64,000 nt of DNA from Promethearchaeota archaeon (lineage in GTDB: Archaea; Asgardarchaeota; Lokiarchaeia; Sigyniarchaeales; SOKP01): the NCBI GenBank assembly GCA_048940645.1, contig JBHLOI010000004.1, positions 32,001-96,000 of the forward strand. The letters run 5' to 3'. The notes under the pieces were generated by a model. The model ran no database searches and was not told the origin of the DNA. It was given only the letters and a program-made list of their open reading frames with translations. Shown in pieces: positions 50,615-62,681 of this stretch. A program made the position numbers and the translations under genes. Positions within the stretch are counted from its first letter, which is position 1, and the number at the start of each line of letters is the position of its first letter.

Positions 50615-50840
50615 ACAAAAAGATTATAATTTCACCAATTATTAATAATAATTTTTATTTTCTATAGAAGTGATTGTTATACATTAGGATAACTTCTATC
50701 CACCAATTAGTAAAAATTAAGAAATAAGTGTTTTTTTAAAATTTGCAGGAAAAAAAAACAATGACCCGAAATTGACAAAAAAAATTCTATAAAAATATAA
50801 ATTAGAAGTAAATTATCATCATATTCATAATTTTATTGAT

Positions 50841-51011
50841 TTACTCTTTAATTACCCCTTGATGCTTCTCATAATCTTCTTTAGTGATATCCCTAAGACT
50901 ATCTTTTTTACCGCAGTTTTCACAATATACTCTTTCCATATTAGAAAACTCTCCGCAATTAGTACAAATATATGGATATGATTTCTTAAATGTTTTCCAT
51001 TTAACCTTCAT
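50841..51011 (-). CDS. 56-aa zinc-ribbon microprotein
   Basis: Not in ORF track: MKVKWKTFKKSYPYICTNCGEFSNMERVYCENCGKKDSLRDITKEDYEKHQGVIKE. Confidence 0.7.
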   Translation of the reverse strand: MKVKWKTFKKSYPYICTNCGEFSNMERVYCENCGKKDSLRDITKEDYEKHQGVIKE

Positions 51012-51334
51012 TTTTCTTCTCTTCTTTCCTAATCATTATCTTATATTATTTAACTATATTATTAAATCTATAAAAATTGTAAAAACTTAAAAGTTCTATT
51101 ATATTTCTATAATATTTTAATTATAGAACCATAATTCCAAAATAATAATCAAAAAGAGGAATCAAACTAATTCTGTTTTGTTACTGTTTAATTGAAAACA
51201 CTAATCGATTAAAAGTTTATTAATTTTAAATTAAAAAATATATTTTAAAATTCTAAATACAATTTTTTAAGATATATCTATATAAGTATTAATTTTAATC
51301 AAAAAGTAACTTTATGCGCATTATTATTTAAAAT

Positions 51335-51407
51335 CGAAACCTTTAAATACTTATTTCAACATATAGTAATTGACAATCATTAGTTGACAATAAAAATTAA
51401 TTGACAA
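51335..51407 (+). promoter_or_regulatory. grpE-dnaK promoter (BRE/TATA) followed by three TTGACAA direct repeats
   Basis: CGAAAC-C-TTTAAATA; TTGACAA at 51370, 51384 and 51401. Confidence 0.5.
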
Positions 51408-51423
51408 AAATAAATTGAAAAAA

Positions 51424-52098
51424 ATGGTATTTGAAGATTTTTATGATGGATTTTTCAATGCTCGGAGGTCATTAGAGGACCCTTATAGCAAGATTACAAT
51501 ATCTAAAGCCGAATATAGGCAATTGAGAGAAATTGCTGAAAAATATGAGACTTTAGTTGAGAAATTTAAAGATATCGAAGCTAAAAAATCAGAATTACAC
51601 AAACAACTTGAGGAAATGAGAGATGATGGTAGAAAGCTTAAAGATTTAGAGGAGAAGACAGAAAAATATTTAAATTCACTCGTAAGAGTGCAAGCTGATT
51701 TCGAAAATTATAAGAAATCAAATCATCGTGAAAATGAAAGGTACAAGATGAGAATAAAGGAAGAAATACTAAAAAAATTGATTATACATTATGAAGATTT
51801 ACAACGGGCATTAAAAATCTTAGAGACTTTAGAAAACATTGAGCATGTAAAAAAAGGGTTTAAGATGATTATAAAGAACTTTGAAAAATTTCTCGAAGAA
51901 GAGGGAGTAAGAGAGATGAAATGTGAAGGCCAGAAATTTGATCCTTATAAACATGAAGCTCTTATGGTTGAAGAGAACGATAATCTCCCTGAAAATACTA
52001 TTATTGAAGAATTAGATAAAGGTTATTATTTTAATAACACTATATTGAAACCCGCAGGGGTTAAAGTATCAAAATTAAAATTTAATACAAAAAATTAA
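51424..52098 (+). CDS. grpE: Nucleotide exchange factor GrpE
   Basis: RVQADFENYKK, FDPYKHEAL, KGY...LKPAGVKV. Confidence 0.93.
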   Translation: MVFEDFYDGFFNARRSLEDPYSKITISKAEYRQLREIAEKYETLVEKFKDIEAKKSELHKQLEEMRDDGRKLKDLEEKTEKYLNSLVRVQADFENYKKSNHRENERYKMRIKEEILKKLIIHYEDLQRALKILETLENIEHVKKGFKMIIKNFEKFLEEEGVREMKCEGQKFDPYKHEALMVEENDNLPENTIIEELDKGYYFNNTILKPAGVKVSKLKFNTKN

Positions 52099-52125
52099 AA
52101 AAAAAAAAGAAAAAAGTGAAGAAAT

Positions 52126-54012
52126 ATGGGAAAAATAATTGGTATCGATTTAGGAACTTCAAATTCTGCTGCTGCCGTATTGATTGGTGGTAAACCAACC
52201 ATTATTCCTAGTGCAGAAGGTAATACATTAGGGGGTAAAGCATTCCCCTCAGTCGTAGCATTTACGAAAGATGGACAGAGATTAGTCGGTGAGCCAGCAC
52301 GAAGACAAGCTATTTCAAATCCAGATCGAACTATAACAGCTATTAAACGTAAAATGGGCACTTCTTACAAGGTGACAATTGATAAAAAGGATTATACCCC
52401 ACAGGAAATTTCAGCAATGATTTTAAGAAAGATCAAAGAAGATGCTAGCGCTTATTTAGGTGAAGAAGTGACTGAGGCAATAATTACTGTTCCAGCTTAC
52501 TTTAATGATAATCAAAGACAAGCTACGAAAGATGCGGGAAGGATCGCGGGATTGAACGTTAAGCGTTTAATCAACGAACCCACTGCCGCTGCCGTCGCTT
52601 ATGGATTAGATAAGAAAGACGCTAGATTAAAAATTGCTGTTTTAGATCTTGGTGGAGGTACTTTTGATGTCACTATAATGGAAATGGATAATCATGTATT
52701 CGAAGTTATTTCCACAGCTGGAGATACTCAACTTGGTGGTACAGATATGGATAGAATTCTTGTTGATTACATAATTGATGAGTTTAAAGCCAAAGAAGGT
52801 GTTGAATTGAGAAAAGATTCAATGGCAATGCAAAGAATAAGAGAAGCTGCAGAACAAGCTAAAATTGAGTTATCAACCTCAATTACAACTGATATAAATC
52901 TACCGTACATTACAGCTACAGATTCAGGCCCTAAACATCTTAATTTGTCAATTACAAGAGCAAAGTTAGAACAATTGATAGAACCTGTTTTGAAAAGATT
53001 AGAAGCTCCAATTATCAAAGCTCTGAACGATGCAAATCTCAAGAAAGGTGAAGTTGATAAAGTAATATTAGTAGGTGGACCCACAAGAATGCCAAGTATT
53101 CAAGAGAAGTTTGAGAAATTCTTAGGTAGAACACCAGAAAGAAGTATTGATCCTATGGAATGTGTTGCTATTGGTGCTTCAATTCAAGGTGGAGTTTTAA
53201 CTGGTGAAGTCAAAGATTTGCTACTTTTAGATGTGACTCCATTATCTTTAGGAGTTGAAACATTAGGTGGTGTTTTTACCAAATTAATTGAAAGAAATAC
53301 TACGATTCCAACTAAAAAAACTGAAATTTTTAGTACAGCTGCTGATAATCAACCTGCAGTGGAAATTCATGTTTTACAAGGAGAGAGACCTAGAGCTGCA
53401 GATAACATAACATTAGGTAAGTTTCATTTGACCGGAATTCCTCCAGCACCAAGGGGTATGCCTCAAATCGAAGTTACTTTTGATATAGATCAAAATGGTA
53501 TCTTAAATGTATCTGCAAAAGATAAAGGAACGGGAAAAAGTCAAAGTATAACTATTACTGCTTCAACAAAAATGTCTGAAGATGATATCGAACAAAAAAT
53601 AAGAGAAGCGGAGCGAAATGCTGAAGAGGATAGGAAGTTCAAAGAACTAACTGAAGCTAAAAATCAAGCAGAAGCTCTGATATATCAAACAGAGAAACTT
53701 ATTAAAGAAAACGAGGCTGGAATCGGAGATTTGAAATCAATGATTCTCGAAAAAATTTCAGATTTACGAAGTGCTATGGAATCAGATGATCTCCCCAGAA
53801 TTAAAAGCGCAACAGAAGCTTTGCAAAGTTCATTACATGAGGTTTCAGCTCGTATTTATGGGCAACAACAAGCTGCATATCAAGGAGCCCCACCTGGAGG
53901 TATGGGTGGAGCAAATCCAGGATCTCAGGGAAAAACTCAAGACGAAATCGAAGAAGAGCAATTTAGACGTGCTACTGGGCAAGATAATGTTGTAGATGCA
54001 GAATATGAATAA
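52126..54012 (+). CDS. dnaK: Chaperone DnaK (Hsp70)
   Basis: [26 protein letters not shown]; lacks the diderm N-terminal insertion. Confidence 0.98.
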   Translation: MGKIIGIDLGTSNSAAAVLIGGKPTIIPSAEGNTLGGKAFPSVVAFTKDGQRLVGEPARRQAISNPDRTITAIKRKMGTSYKVTIDKKDYTPQEISAMILRKIKEDASAYLGEEVTEAIITVPAYFNDNQRQATKDAGRIAGLNVKRLINEPTAAAVAYGLDKKDARLKIAVLDLGGGTFDVTIMEMDNHVFEVISTAGDTQLGGTDMDRILVDYIIDEFKAKEGVELRKDSMAMQRIREAAEQAKIELSTSITTDINLPYITATDSGPKHLNLSITRAKLEQLIEPVLKRLEAPIIKALNDANLKKGEVDKVILVGGPTRMPSIQEKFEKFLGRTPERSIDPMECVAIGASIQGGVLTGEVKDLLLLDVTPLSLGVETLGGVFTKLIERNTTIPTKKTEIFSTAADNQPAVEIHVLQGERPRAADNITLGKFHLTGIPPAPRGMPQIEVTFDIDQNGILNVSAKDKGTGKSQSITITASTKMSEDDIEQKIREAERNAEEDRKFKELTEAKNQAEALIYQTEKLIKENEAGIGDLKSMILEKISDLRSAMESDDLPRIKSATEALQSSLHEVSARIYGQQQAAYQGAPPGGMGGANPGSQGKTQDEIEEEQFRRATGQDNVVDAEYE

Positions 54013-54091
54013 TTCCATTTTTTTTAATTTTATTTTTTATTTTATATTAATTCACGATTATTATGATAATTATTAAATAAAGGGGTTAAAA

Positions 54092-55105
54092 ATGGCTAAA
54101 GATTATTATAAAATTTTAGGTATCCCAAAAAAGGCTACAAAAGAAGAAATAAAAAGAGCATTTCGAAAAATGGCTCGGAAGTATCACCCAGATGTAAATC
54201 CAGATGAGCCAAAATCAGGTGAAACTTTCAAAGAAATAAACGAGGCTTATAGTATTTTAAGTGATGACAAAAAGAGGGAAATGTATGATAAGTTTGGTGT
54301 AGTAGATGGAGATCCTTCAACATTCCAACAATGGGGACAGGGATTTCCTGGAGGAGGAAGAACATATAGAAGTCCAGATGGAAGCACAACTTATTACTAT
54401 TCAAACTCGGGTAACCCTGGAGGATTTGATTTTAGTGAAATCTTTGGAAATAATAAATCTTCAAATGGGAGATTTGGAGGATTTGATTTTTTCAATGATT
54501 TAGGAGATATTTTTGATGTATTTACGAAAAGAGGTACTGGTAGTACGAGAGCTCGTGCCCCATCATATAATTATCCAAGAGAAGGAGATGATCTACGATA
54601 TGATATGGAGATTGAGTTTATGGATGCTTTTTATGGAGGGAAAAAGAAGATTCAATATAAAGATCCAAAAGCTGGCCAAATGAAGACCTTAACAGTCAAT
54701 ATACCTAAAGGTATTAGGGATGACCAAAAATTAAGATTAAAGGGAAAAGGAATGCCTGGAGAAAATGGAGGTTCTCCTGGAGATTTGTATATTGCAGTTC
54801 ACATAAAGGAACATCCTCTTTTTGAAAGAAAAGGTGATGATCTTTATATAGAACGTGAGATCCCTTTCTCAGTTGCAAGTTTGGGAGGAAAAACTCAAGT
54901 TCCTGGTATTGAAAAAACATTAAATGTAACAATACCTCCTGGAACAAGCGATTCATCTACACTAAGATTGAAAAATCAAGGATTTTTCAAAATTAATTCA
55001 AATGAAAGAGGAAATTTATTAATTAGAATAAAAATTAAGATTCCTGAAAAATTGAGTAAAACCCAAAAACAATTAATTGAACAATTAAGAGCAGCCGGAT
55101 TATAA
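54092..55105 (+). CDS. dnaJ: Class B J-domain protein (no Zn finger; DnaJ/CbpA-like)
   Basis: HPD motif, G/F-rich region, C-terminal domains; no CxxCxGxG repeats. Confidence 0.9.
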   Translation: MAKDYYKILGIPKKATKEEIKRAFRKMARKYHPDVNPDEPKSGETFKEINEAYSILSDDKKREMYDKFGVVDGDPSTFQQWGQGFPGGGRTYRSPDGSTTYYYSNSGNPGGFDFSEIFGNNKSSNGRFGGFDFFNDLGDIFDVFTKRGTGSTRARAPSYNYPREGDDLRYDMEIEFMDAFYGGKKKIQYKDPKAGQMKTLTVNIPKGIRDDQKLRLKGKGMPGENGGSPGDLYIAVHIKEHPLFERKGDDLYIEREIPFSVASLGGKTQVPGIEKTLNVTIPPGTSDSSTLRLKNQGFFKINSNERGNLLIRIKIKIPEKLSKTQKQLIEQLRAAGL

Positions 55106-55124
55106 AGAGGTGGGAAAAAAAGTG

Positions 55125-57740
55125 ATGAAATTCGATAAATTTACGATAAAAGTTCAAGAGGCTCTTATGGCTGCAAGATCATTAGCTCAAACTAATGATA
55201 ATCAGCAAATTGAACCAATTCATTTACTAATCTCTTTAATAGAGCAACAAGATGGTGTTACTACTCCATTACTACAGAAATTAGGGATAAATATCTCAAA
55301 TTTATTACACAATTTGAATGAAGATTTAGAAAAATTACCGAAGGTGACTGGATCAGGAGCAACTGATGTAGTTTTATCGCGAAATTCTGGAAAATTATTT
55401 GATAATGCGTGGAAAGAAGCTGAATCTATGAAAGATCAATTCCTAAGTACAGAACATTTAATTTTAGCTATGTCTAAAGACCAAGCTTTACCTATTTATT
55501 CTATTTTAAAAAAATTTGGAATAACTAGCGATAGAATTTTACAAGCATTAACTTCCATACGAGGAAGCCAAACTATTACGGATCAAGATCCAGAGGGGAA
55601 ATATCAAGCAATTGAAAAATACAGTCGCAATCTTACGGATTTAGCGAGAAGGGGGAAAATTGATCCCGTTATTGGAAGAGATGATGAAATAAGAAGAGTA
55701 ATGCATATCCTCTCAAGAAGAACCAAAAACAATCCCGTTTTAATAGGAGAAGCTGGTGTCGGAAAAACTGCAATTGTTGAAGGATTAGCGCAACGTATTG
55801 CTAATGATGATGTTCCAGAATCTTTAAAGAATAAAGATATAATTGCAATGGATTTAGCTGCAATGGTTGCGGGTGCTAAGTATCGCGGGGAATTTGAAGA
55901 TCGTTTAAAAGCATTTCTTAAAGAAGTAGAAAAGGGAGCAGGAAAATATGTATTATTTATTGATGAATTACATACTTTAGTCGGGGCAGGTGCGGCTCAA
56001 GGGGCTATTGATGCGTCAAATATGTTAAAGCCCGCATTAGCAAGAGGAGAATTACGGGCGATTGGAGCAACTACCATAGATGAATATAGGAAGTATATAG
56101 AAAAAGATGCTGCATTAACACGAAGATTTCAGACTGTATTTGTAGAAGAACCTAATGTAGAAGATTCAATAGCCATTTTGAGGGGATTAAAAGAGAAGTA
56201 TGAAATCCATCATGGAGTAAGAATAACTGATTCAGCAATTATAGCAGCTGTTATGTTATCACATAGGTATATTGCTGATCGTTTTTTACCAGATAAGGCT
56301 ATTGACCTAATGGATGAGGCTGCATCAAGATTGCGAATTGAGATAGATAGTATGCCAACGGAAATAGATGAAATAGAACGAAAGATTATTCAATTAGAAA
56401 TTCAAAAAGAGGCTTTAAAAAAAGAGAATGCTAAATCGATAAAAGAAAAAATGGAGAAATTGGATGAGGAACTGCATAATCTTCGAGAAGAAAGCGATAA
56501 GTTAAAAATTCAATGGAATAACGAAAAAAATTTCATATCAAAAATCAATGAAATTAAAAAGAAAATGGAAGAAACTAAAATTGAAGCTGAAAGAGCTGAA
56601 AAACGAGGAGATCTTGAAAAAGCTGCGGAATTAACTTATGGAGTTTTAAACCAACTAAAAAAAGATTTAGTACAATATAATTCTGAGTTAAATGAGATTC
56701 AAGAAAATAAAACAATGTTAAAGCAAGAGGTTGATGAAGAAGATATCGCAAAAATTGTTTCACAATGGACAGGAATTCCTGTTTCAAGAATGTTAGAAGG
56801 TGAGCGTGATAAATTATTAAAAATGGAGGATCGTTTGGGGAAGAGAGTAATTGGTCAAGATGAAGCATTGAATATAATTTCAAATGCTATTAGAAGGGCT
56901 AGAGCTGGAATTCAAGACCCAAATAGACCAATTGGGACATTTATTTTTATGGGGCCTACTGGAGTAGGGAAAACCGAGACTGCAAAAGCATTAGCCGAAT
57001 TTCTATTTGATGATGAAAATGCCATGGTAAGAATTGATATGTCAGAATTTATGGAAAAACATAGTGTAGCTAGATTAATAGGAGCTCCTCCTGGTTATGT
57101 GGGATTTGAAGAAGGAGGATATTTAACAGAAGCAGTAAGAAGGAGACCTTACTCAGTAATTTTATTTGATGAAATTGAAAAAGCACATCTAGAAGTTTTT
57201 AACATTCTTCTACAAATTATGGATGATGGAAGATTGACAGATGGTCATGGAAGGACTGTTGATTTTAAGAATACTATAATTATTATGACTAGTAATATCG
57301 GTAGTCAATACATCCTCGAATCAAGAAAGGAAGATAAAGAAAAGAATAGAGAATTAATATTGAATACTCTAAAAAATTACTTCAGACCAGAATTCTTAAA
57401 TAGAGTTGATGAAATAGTCATGTTTAACTTTTTAGAAGAAGAACAAATTAAGTTAATTGTAGATATACAAATCAGGAATCTAAATAAAGTTCTCTCGGAG
57501 CATAAGATTCAAATAGAATTATCAGATGCAGCAAAAGGAGTGCTCGCTAAAAAGGGATTTGATCCTGATTATGGAGCAAGACCTCTAAAAAGAGCAATTC
57601 AAAATTTAATTCAGAATCCATTATCACTCAAGATTTTAGAAGGAGACATAATTGATGAAGATCTTATTAAAGTTGATTTAAATAAAAATGAAAATTTTGT
57701 TTTTAAAAAAGTAGGTAAAATTTCGAGGGATTTATCATAA
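55125..57740 (+). CDS. clpB: Disaggregase ClpB
   Basis: Two AAA+ modules ([16 protein letters not shown]), M-domain coiled coil, KYRG and GYVG pore loops. Confidence 0.96.
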   Translation: MKFDKFTIKVQEALMAARSLAQTNDNQQIEPIHLLISLIEQQDGVTTPLLQKLGINISNLLHNLNEDLEKLPKVTGSGATDVVLSRNSGKLFDNAWKEAESMKDQFLSTEHLILAMSKDQALPIYSILKKFGITSDRILQALTSIRGSQTITDQDPEGKYQAIEKYSRNLTDLARRGKIDPVIGRDDEIRRVMHILSRRTKNNPVLIGEAGVGKTAIVEGLAQRIANDDVPESLKNKDIIAMDLAAMVAGAKYRGEFEDRLKAFLKEVEKGAGKYVLFIDELHTLVGAGAAQGAIDASNMLKPALARGELRAIGATTIDEYRKYIEKDAALTRRFQTVFVEEPNVEDSIAILRGLKEKYEIHHGVRITDSAIIAAVMLSHRYIADRFLPDKAIDLMDEAASRLRIEIDSMPTEIDEIERKIIQLEIQKEALKKENAKSIKEKMEKLDEELHNLREESDKLKIQWNNEKNFISKINEIKKKMEETKIEAERAEKRGDLEKAAELTYGVLNQLKKDLVQYNSELNEIQENKTMLKQEVDEEDIAKIVSQWTGIPVSRMLEGERDKLLKMEDRLGKRVIGQDEALNIISNAIRRARAGIQDPNRPIGTFIFMGPTGVGKTETAKALAEFLFDDENAMVRIDMSEFMEKHSVARLIGAPPGYVGFEEGGYLTEAVRRRPYSVILFDEIEKAHLEVFNILLQIMDDGRLTDGHGRTVDFKNTIIIMTSNIGSQYILESRKEDKEKNRELILNTLKNYFRPEFLNRVDEIVMFNFLEEEQIKLIVDIQIRNLNKVLSEHKIQIELSDAAKGVLAKKGFDPDYGARPLKRAIQNLIQNPLSLKILEGDIIDEDLIKVDLNKNENFVFKKVGKISRDLS

Positions 57741-57804
57741 TAAATGTAATTTTTTTTGTTATTTTTTATAATTTTTTTTATAAAATAATTAAGGTGATGT
57801 TTTA

Positions 57805-58692
57805 ATGAATGTTGTTTATAATTTGAATAAAACTATCAATTTATGCCCTGAATGTGGGGGTAATATTATTTCACTCCAGGAAACTGGAGATGTTGTTTGT
57901 AATCAATGTGGATTAGTTATGCAAGAAAAAAATGTTGATTTTTCTCATAGTGGAAGAAGAGCTTATAGTAATGAAGAAAAATCTAAAAGGGAAAGAACTG
58001 GTTCGCCAATCTCAAGCCTTGTCCCAGATATTGGATTAACCACTACTATAGATAAAAAAAAAATAGAAAATCCTGATTTAAAAAGAGCAGCGAAATGGGA
58101 TACAAGAATACCTTGGAAAAAGCGGAATATACTAATTGCCACCACAGAACTTAAAAGAATTAGTACGAATTTGAATTTACCAAATCATGTAAAGGAAGAA
58201 GCAATGCGCCTTTATAGGGAGGTATTCAAGCAAAATTTACTTCGGGGTAGATCAATAAACTCAATGATTGCTGCTTGTTTATATTATGCAATTAGAAAAT
58301 ATAGATTATCTAGAACCCTGCATGAAATCTTAGAGGAAACTGCTGAAAAAGATAAAGATGTTAGACGATGTTATAGAGTGTTAATTAGAGAATTAAATTT
58401 GAAAGCGCCAAATACTAAACCAAGTGCTCTTATTCCAAGATATATTGCTGAATTAGGGTTATCTTCAGAAATTGAAAATTTAGCCACAAAAATAGTAAAA
58501 ACTTTTATTTCCAATTTTTCTAGCAGTGGAAAAGATCCGAAGGGGATAGTTGGTGGAGCTATTTATCTAGCATGTAAAATAAAGAATAAGGGTTATACCC
58601 AGAAACAAATCGCTGATTCAATTGGGGTGACTGAGGTAACCCTTCGTTCAAGATATAAAGAATTAAGGCAAAAACTTAAAATTTCTATATAA
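57805..58692 (+). CDS. tfb: Transcription initiation factor B paralog
   Basis: CPECGG...CNQCG Zn ribbon, LRGRS, GKDPKG, GVTEVTLR. Confidence 0.93.
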   Translation: MNVVYNLNKTINLCPECGGNIISLQETGDVVCNQCGLVMQEKNVDFSHSGRRAYSNEEKSKRERTGSPISSLVPDIGLTTTIDKKKIENPDLKRAAKWDTRIPWKKRNILIATTELKRISTNLNLPNHVKEEAMRLYREVFKQNLLRGRSINSMIAACLYYAIRKYRLSRTLHEILEETAEKDKDVRRCYRVLIRELNLKAPNTKPSALIPRYIAELGLSSEIENLATKIVKTFISNFSSSGKDPKGIVGGAIYLACKIKNKGYTQKQIADSIGVTEVTLRSRYKELRQKLKISI

Positions 58693-58752
58693 AAATATCA
58701 ATTTTCTTTTTTTAATTATTATATTGTTTCAATATCATTTTTAAAATATATT

Positions 58753-59682
58753 CTATAGATAAGATTTAAACCTAGGGAAAAGTAATAAGGCATTTTCTTG
58801 TTCAATAGCTAAACGTGTCTCTTCGTTAAATTCTTTATAGTTTTTAATTCCTTGAATCATTTCTTTTATCTTTATTTCATGCACAAAAGGAAAATCACTC
58901 CCAAAAAGAATATGTGAAGGATTCACCAATTCAATGATGGATCGAAAAACATTCCTTGTTGCTGTTAATGCTGTACCATAATAGAGTTCCTTGAATTGTT
59001 TCATTAATCTTTTATTTCCAAAAGTGATTCGCCATGCGATATAGGGCGCTGTTCCTCCTGCATGGGCAAAAACAAATTTAATGTTAGGATACTTTTTGAA
59101 AATGCCTTGATGCATAAGATTTGAAATTGCTCGTGTTGTATCAAAAACAAATTCTAAAACAGATGATGGTAATTTAAGATTAGGTAATTTTTCTTCAGGA
59201 GGAATATCTGGATGAATGAACACTACTGTATTTCGCCGATTCAGCTCTAAAAAGAGATCATCAAATTCAGGATCCCCAATATATTTACCATTGAAATTTG
59301 TGAGCATTACAACCCCATCCAATTTTAATGTATCTAAAGCATACTTCAACTCTCGTAGCGAAGCCTGAAAATCAGGAATAGGTAAGGTGGCAAAACCTCC
59401 AAAACGCTCAGGATACTTTTTTATTAAGCTGGCTGAATATTCATTACAAAGGCGCGCAAGATTTCTTGTAAATTCGAGATCTCCAAAATATATTCCTGGA
59501 GAAGATATGGAGGTTATTGCAATTGCAATACCTTGACGATCCATTAACTCAAGGCTATGCTTTGGATCCCATTTAGGGAAAGGTAAATTAGTGACAGTAG
59601 AAATCCCAATATTAGCTAAGGATTTTAAATATTCCGGAGGGAGAATATGATGATGAATATCAATTCGATGTGATTTTATCAT
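58753..59682 (-). CDS. Amidohydrolase-2 family protein (ACMSD/aromatic decarboxylase-like)
   Basis: IDIHHH, FIHP, AHAGG, FGSDFPF. Confidence 0.88.
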   Translation of the reverse strand: MIKSHRIDIHHHILPPEYLKSLANIGISTVTNLPFPKWDPKHSLELMDRQGIAIAITSISSPGIYFGDLEFTRNLARLCNEYSASLIKKYPERFGGFATLPIPDFQASLRELKYALDTLKLDGVVMLTNFNGKYIGDPEFDDLFLELNRRNTVVFIHPDIPPEEKLPNLKLPSSVLEFVFDTTRAISNLMHQGIFKKYPNIKFVFAHAGGTAPYIAWRITFGNKRLMKQFKELYYGTALTATRNVFRSIIELVNPSHILFGSDFPFVHEIKIKEMIQGIKNYKEFNEETRLAIEQENALLLFPRFKSYL

Positions 59683-59774
59683 AATTACAAAATTATTTTT
59701 AATCTAAACTTAACTCTTCAATTTTTAAGTTTTTTTATACTGATATTATATAATTAGTTTTAACAATTTAAAAA

Positions 59775-60767
59775 GTGATAATCATGCTTTCGTTTGAAGA
59801 ATTAGGGCTTTCAAATACAAATAAAATGTTTAAAGTAGCCTTGGAAAGGAAATTCGCTATACCTGGATATAATGCAAGCAATCTTGAGCAATTACAAGGA
59901 ATTATTATTGGTTGTGGAGATTCAAATTCACCGGTCATCATTCAGATTACCCAAACTTCTTTAAAGTATGCAAATAAATCAATGATTCGATATATGGGAG
60001 AGGGTTGTGTTGAAATGTCAAAGAATTTAGGGTATGAGATTCCTATTGCTTTACATTTAGATCATGGGAGTTCCTTTGAATCGTGTAAAGCATGTATAGA
60101 TATCGGTTTTTCTAGTGTGATGTTTGATGGAAGTCATTTAGAATATGAGAAGAATATTATGATAACAAAAAAGGTGGTAGATTATGCTCATCAAAGAGAT
60201 GTTAGCGTAGAAGCAGAATTAGGGATTGTAGGTAGAGAAGATAAAGGAAAAGAAGTAGAAATTCAACAATACACCGATCCCAAACAAGTGGAAGATTTTG
60301 TAAATAGAACAGGATGCGATTCCTTAGCAATTGCCATAGGAACATCTCACGGAGCTTATAAATTTAAGGTAGAAAGAGCAGAAGATATACCAGAACTAAG
60401 ATTTGATATTCTCCAAGAAATAAGAAATAGATTAGGAAAATTTCCAATAGTACTTCATGGAGCATCCTCAGTCCCAAAAAAATATGTTGACATAGTTAAT
60501 AATTATGGAGGGTCCTTAAAAAAGAGTTTTGGAGTGCCAGAAGTACAATTAAGAAAAGCGACTCGATATGGTGTATGTAAAATTAATGTAGCTACAGATA
60601 GCCGTATACTATTTACAGCTATGATCAGAAAATATTTTCAAGAACACGTAGATCATTTTGATCCAAGACAATATCTTGGAGCTGCGCGTCAAGAATTAAT
60701 TGAAATGATAAAAAGAAAGAATAATGAAGTGTTAGGCTCTTCAGGGCAAGCAAAATATATAAACTGA
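59775..60767 (+). CDS. fba: Class II fructose-bisphosphate aldolase
   Basis: LHLDHG, GTSHGAYK, VLHGAS, KINV; likely start ATG 59784. Confidence 0.93.
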   Translation: MIIMLSFEELGLSNTNKMFKVALERKFAIPGYNASNLEQLQGIIIGCGDSNSPVIIQITQTSLKYANKSMIRYMGEGCVEMSKNLGYEIPIALHLDHGSSFESCKACIDIGFSSVMFDGSHLEYEKNIMITKKVVDYAHQRDVSVEAELGIVGREDKGKEVEIQQYTDPKQVEDFVNRTGCDSLAIAIGTSHGAYKFKVERAEDIPELRFDILQEIRNRLGKFPIVLHGASSVPKKYVDIVNNYGGSLKKSFGVPEVQLRKATRYGVCKINVATDSRILFTAMIRKYFQEHVDHFDPRQYLGAARQELIEMIKRKNNEVLGSSGQAKYIN

Positions 60768-60871
60768 TTAACTTATATAAAAAAATTAATTTAAATTAAT
60801 TATAATCTTATTTATTTGTTTATATTGAGATAGCTTTTTACAAAAATAAAAAATAGAGTTAAAAAAGTAAA

Positions 60872-61141
60872 TTAACCTTTCTCATAAATCACTCCTGTCC
60901 CACCAGCCGGATACTGGAAGCTTATAGCACTAGCATCGCAGACTTGATAACACGCAGCACATTCTAAACATTTCTCTTTATAATCCTCAGAAATATATAC
61001 CTTGTTATCTTTTCTACGCCATAGATTTACTAAACAAACAAGAATACATTTGCCACAATTATTACATTTATTAATATCGATTGAAATGAACTCACCAGTT
61101 CCCTGGATATGTTTCGTTAATCTATTAATTTCAATCTTCAT
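60872..61141 (-). CDS. FixX-like ferredoxin
   Basis: CNNCGKC, CLECAAC..VC, FQYPAGGTGV. Confidence 0.85.
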   Translation of the reverse strand: MKIEINRLTKHIQGTGEFISIDINKCNNCGKCILVCLVNLWRRKDNKVYISEDYKEKCLECAACYQVCDASAISFQYPAGGTGVIYEKG

Positions 61142-62544
61142 TTCTTTTCACTCCTCTGCTTTATCTTTTTAGGGATTAAATCCATAATTTTTGGAATCGC
61201 AGACATTAACTTCTGAGGGTCCATTATTCTATCAAGATCATTCTCAAATATTTTTGCTACTAGAGGAAATACATACTTCATAATGAATGGTAAAGCTTTT
61301 GGCATGTATGACTTTATATGAGCAGCAATTTGGCGTACTCGCTTCGCATGTGGCTGTGACCAATCAAAAATCCCTCCTATAACTTCCATGAACATTGGTA
61401 CAAACCAACTCATTGTCTCTTTAGGACTAAAGGGTAATGCTCTCCAGATATTATATAATTCTTCTCCTGCTTCAAATTCTTCCCCAACACTTGTTTTTTT
61501 CCACAGTTCATCAAATTTGGAAAGTCTGCTTTTTGAAATATCTTCAGATGTAATTGCTTCAACAGCAACTTCTGCTGCAATTTTTCCTGTCACCATTGCA
61601 GGATAAATTCCTTCAGCTTCAAGAGGGCAAGGGAACCCGCCAGCATCTCCAATTAAAATTACTCCATCGGTGTGTGTATTGTATGGATATTTTAACCAAG
61701 GAAGAAGATGTGATTGGAGTTCTCTTGGTTTAGCATCTAGAATTTTTAATAATCTTTGATAATATTTCAGACTAATAACACGATTTAGATAAAATAACGG
61801 ATTTTTATCCCATTTATTTAACCAATTTCCTAAACCTTGATGAAAACCATCATGAAAGAAAACTTGATACGATGAGGGGAATGTTGCAGACCACCAAATT
61901 CCTAGTGCTTCATCTCCCATAACATCATCAATTTTATTAGAGGGTGCAAAAAAGTCATATTGAGGAACAATTGTAATTTGATCCTGAGCCCATTTTGTCC
62001 GTAAACCACTTTGTTTCGCAACCATAGAAACTGCACCATCAGCTCCAATTACAATAGGTGCTTTATATTTTTCTCCGTGTTCATCAACTACTCCACAAAT
62101 TTTTCCATCTTCTTTTAAGAGATCCACAATAAGAGTTGAGTTTTTTAACTCAGCACCTGCATCAGTAGCAAATTCAGCAATCCAAGGGTCAAATTCGCTT
62201 CTATAACAATTCATTGTAATCCAACTTTTAGCAGGTTCATAAGATACCGATTCAGTTGGACGCGCCATAATATAACCAGCTACTATTCCTTCTTTGTTAA
62301 TAAAATAATTTCTGGACGCTCTCCCTGCTCTTAAAGAAGGACATTTTTCTGGAGTTAAATTTTTCATCATTGATGGGAAATCTTTCCACATACGTGGTCC
62401 TAATCCACAACCAGAAGAATTTTTTTCACCAGGTTTTCGACCTCTTTCAAAAAATATTGTTTTAAGCCCATTTTCAGCAGCAGTTTTAGCTGCCATAGAG
62501 CCACCAGGCCCAGCACCAACAATAATTATCTCATAAGTTTTCAA
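61138..62544 (-). CDS. FixC/geranylgeranyl reductase-family flavoprotein
   Basis: VGAGPGG, ERG..PGEKN, GADG, IGDAGG...EGI. Confidence 0.85.
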   Translation of the reverse strand: MKTYEIIIVGAGPGGSMAAKTAAENGLKTIFFERGRKPGEKNSSGCGLGPRMWKDFPSMMKNLTPEKCPSLRAGRASRNYFINKEGIVAGYIMARPTESVSYEPAKSWITMNCYRSEFDPWIAEFATDAGAELKNSTLIVDLLKEDGKICGVVDEHGEKYKAPIVIGADGAVSMVAKQSGLRTKWAQDQITIVPQYDFFAPSNKIDDVMGDEALGIWWSATFPSSYQVFFHDGFHQGLGNWLNKWDKNPLFYLNRVISLKYYQRLLKILDAKPRELQSHLLPWLKYPYNTHTDGVILIGDAGGFPCPLEAEGIYPAMVTGKIAAEVAVEAITSEDISKSRLSKFDELWKKTSVGEEFEAGEELYNIWRALPFSPKETMSWFVPMFMEVIGGIFDWSQPHAKRVRQIAAHIKSYMPKALPFIMKYVFPLVAKIFENDLDRIMDPQKLMSAIPKIMDLIPKKIKQRSEKK

Positions 62545-62681
62545 TTATTTTCCACCCAAATTTTTTAAGTATAAAAAAAATTAGATTTAATCTGTATATA
62601 AAATTCACTTAATTATAGTAATCAAAACATCTTTATTAATTAAAAAATTGTTGTTAGTTATTGCATTTTAAAGAGGATATT

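Noticed and set aside
50884-51090. 68-aa plus-strand ORF
   Set aside because: Antisense shadow of the minus-strand Zn-ribbon gene.
2777-61606. Many short ORFs nested in or antisense to long genes (e.g. 9145-9510, 29956-30393, 36324-36740, 46050-46607)
   Set aside because: They overlap well-supported genes and carry no motifs.
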